Made by a program: the position numbers and the translations under genes. Below the pieces are notes generated by a model. The model was not told the DNA's origin, made no database searches, and was given only the letters and a program-made list of their open reading frames with translations. Source: the human T2T-CHM13v2.0 reference genome, Homo sapiens. From it: 64,000 nt of DNA. The DNA lies in the NCBI RefSeq assembly GCF_009914755.1, contig NC_060931.1. One strand, given 5' to 3'. Shown one piece after another: positions 60,966 to 64,000 of this stretch. How positions within the stretch are numbered: the stretch's first letter is position 1; each line of letters opens with the position of its first letter.

Positions 60966-61149
60966 GTAAAGCAACTGCTGAAGCCTGCCCCGGCTGCAGC
61001 GGGGGCTGCCACATTTGTTAGACATGGACTTTCTCTCTGCCCTCACCCAAGCCTCTCAGGTCACATGCAGCAGGGACACCAAGGTGACGGTAGAAACATC
61101 AGGTCCCATTTGGACTGTGCCTGTTTGGGGCTAGGGGTTTGGGGTCCTG

Positions 61150-62970
<1,821 letters not shown>

Positions 62971-64000
62971 TTATAAGGTAGTGAAGAGGGAGGTTATATC
63001 TGAGGTCCAGTTGACATGAGGGAAAGGTCTTAAGACCTTTAAGACATTTAAGAGGAAAAATGAGCCCAAAATGCATGTGTTTGGAAGGCCCACAGCTGGG
63101 CACAGCCATGCATGTTCCTCACGTCCACCATAGGTTTATGCTGCCTGACCCCTTGGGTCTTTGCTCATTTCCCTTAGTTTCCCTAGTTCATTCCCCATGG
63201 GGAGCTGGGACCCTTCTGGATGACCTCTTCTCTGAGGCGCCCATCTCGTGCTCCCAGGGAGCACTCCCATCTCCTCCCTCCCAGGGGAAGTACACATTGC
63301 CTTATCTCCATGTGTCTTAGGATCCTTCTTGTCCTTACACTGGTGTCTTCAAACGACATGTCCTAAAAGTAAATGTGGGTAAGTTGAATGACCTGAGCAT
63401 CCATTCCTCAGCTATTCAAAAAGTAGGGGTAGTGCCACCTATCTTGGCAGTGTGTTGAGGGTGCCCAGCACGTACCTTGCCATCCCTCGTTCTGTAGGCT
63501 CTCACTTCCAGTTCCTCAGATGAGGTACAGGGCAGGGAGGAGCTTCTCCCGTTACTGTCATCTCAGTCTAACCACATTCAGGACACTTGTTTATTTTAAA
63601 TAAACAGGTGAATTAAGAAAAAGTTTTTTAAGTCTTTACCTAATCAGTCTCCAGGCTCTCTTTTTGGCCTGTTCCTCCCTTCCTCCTGGCCGCCTCCCTC
63701 CCATGCCTCTCATGTGCCTCCTGCAGGGCTGGGCCCCCACTTCTCTTGGGACCTGTGCTTTGGGGCACTCCCCGTCTTCACCTCCTTCCTTTAGCTCCAT
63801 TGATGACTTTCCCCCTTGCTGCTTCTCCCATGGCTCACCTCTTGCCCCCTGGTTCGCCACTCTGCCCTCACTTTGTACTCTTTGTAGAATCTTGAGATGA
63901 CTCCTCCTGTGTCCCCAGCCCTGCTCTGCAGCTGCTCCTGCTTTGTGCTGGCTCATCAGGCTCAGGCATCCGAATGGCAGCTCCTTGGCTTGCCCTGTCT

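Overview
Human genomic DNA that I recognise as the Alu-dense 7q11.23 (Williams-Beuren) interval. It holds complete VPS37D (+, 4 exons, 251 aa, CDS 34874-38291), complete intronless DNAJC30 (-, 226 aa, 49658-50338) and BUD23/WBSCR22 exons 1-10 (+, from 50541, continuing past the window), with DNAJC30 and BUD23 head-to-head and only 202 nt between their ATGs. A CpG island at about 14.55-15.25 kb with no real ORF is most likely the MLXIPL ChREBP-beta alternative promoter and non-coding exon 1b (- strand), backed by a ~1 kb CT tract. Most other ORFs in the track come from Alu, low-complexity or GC-rich sequence. The main unexplained structure is an old, diverged, same-orientation duplication between VPS37D and DNAJC30 (about 40.57-42.57 kb and 46.42-48.08 kb). 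Copy 1 has a 7-unit perfect heat-shock element. Copy 2 has a 4-unit HSE plus an NRF2-type ARE. Both keep exon-like splice signals. This is a candidate duplicated stress-response module or transcript. Repeat family names and literature links are from memory and were not checked by any search.
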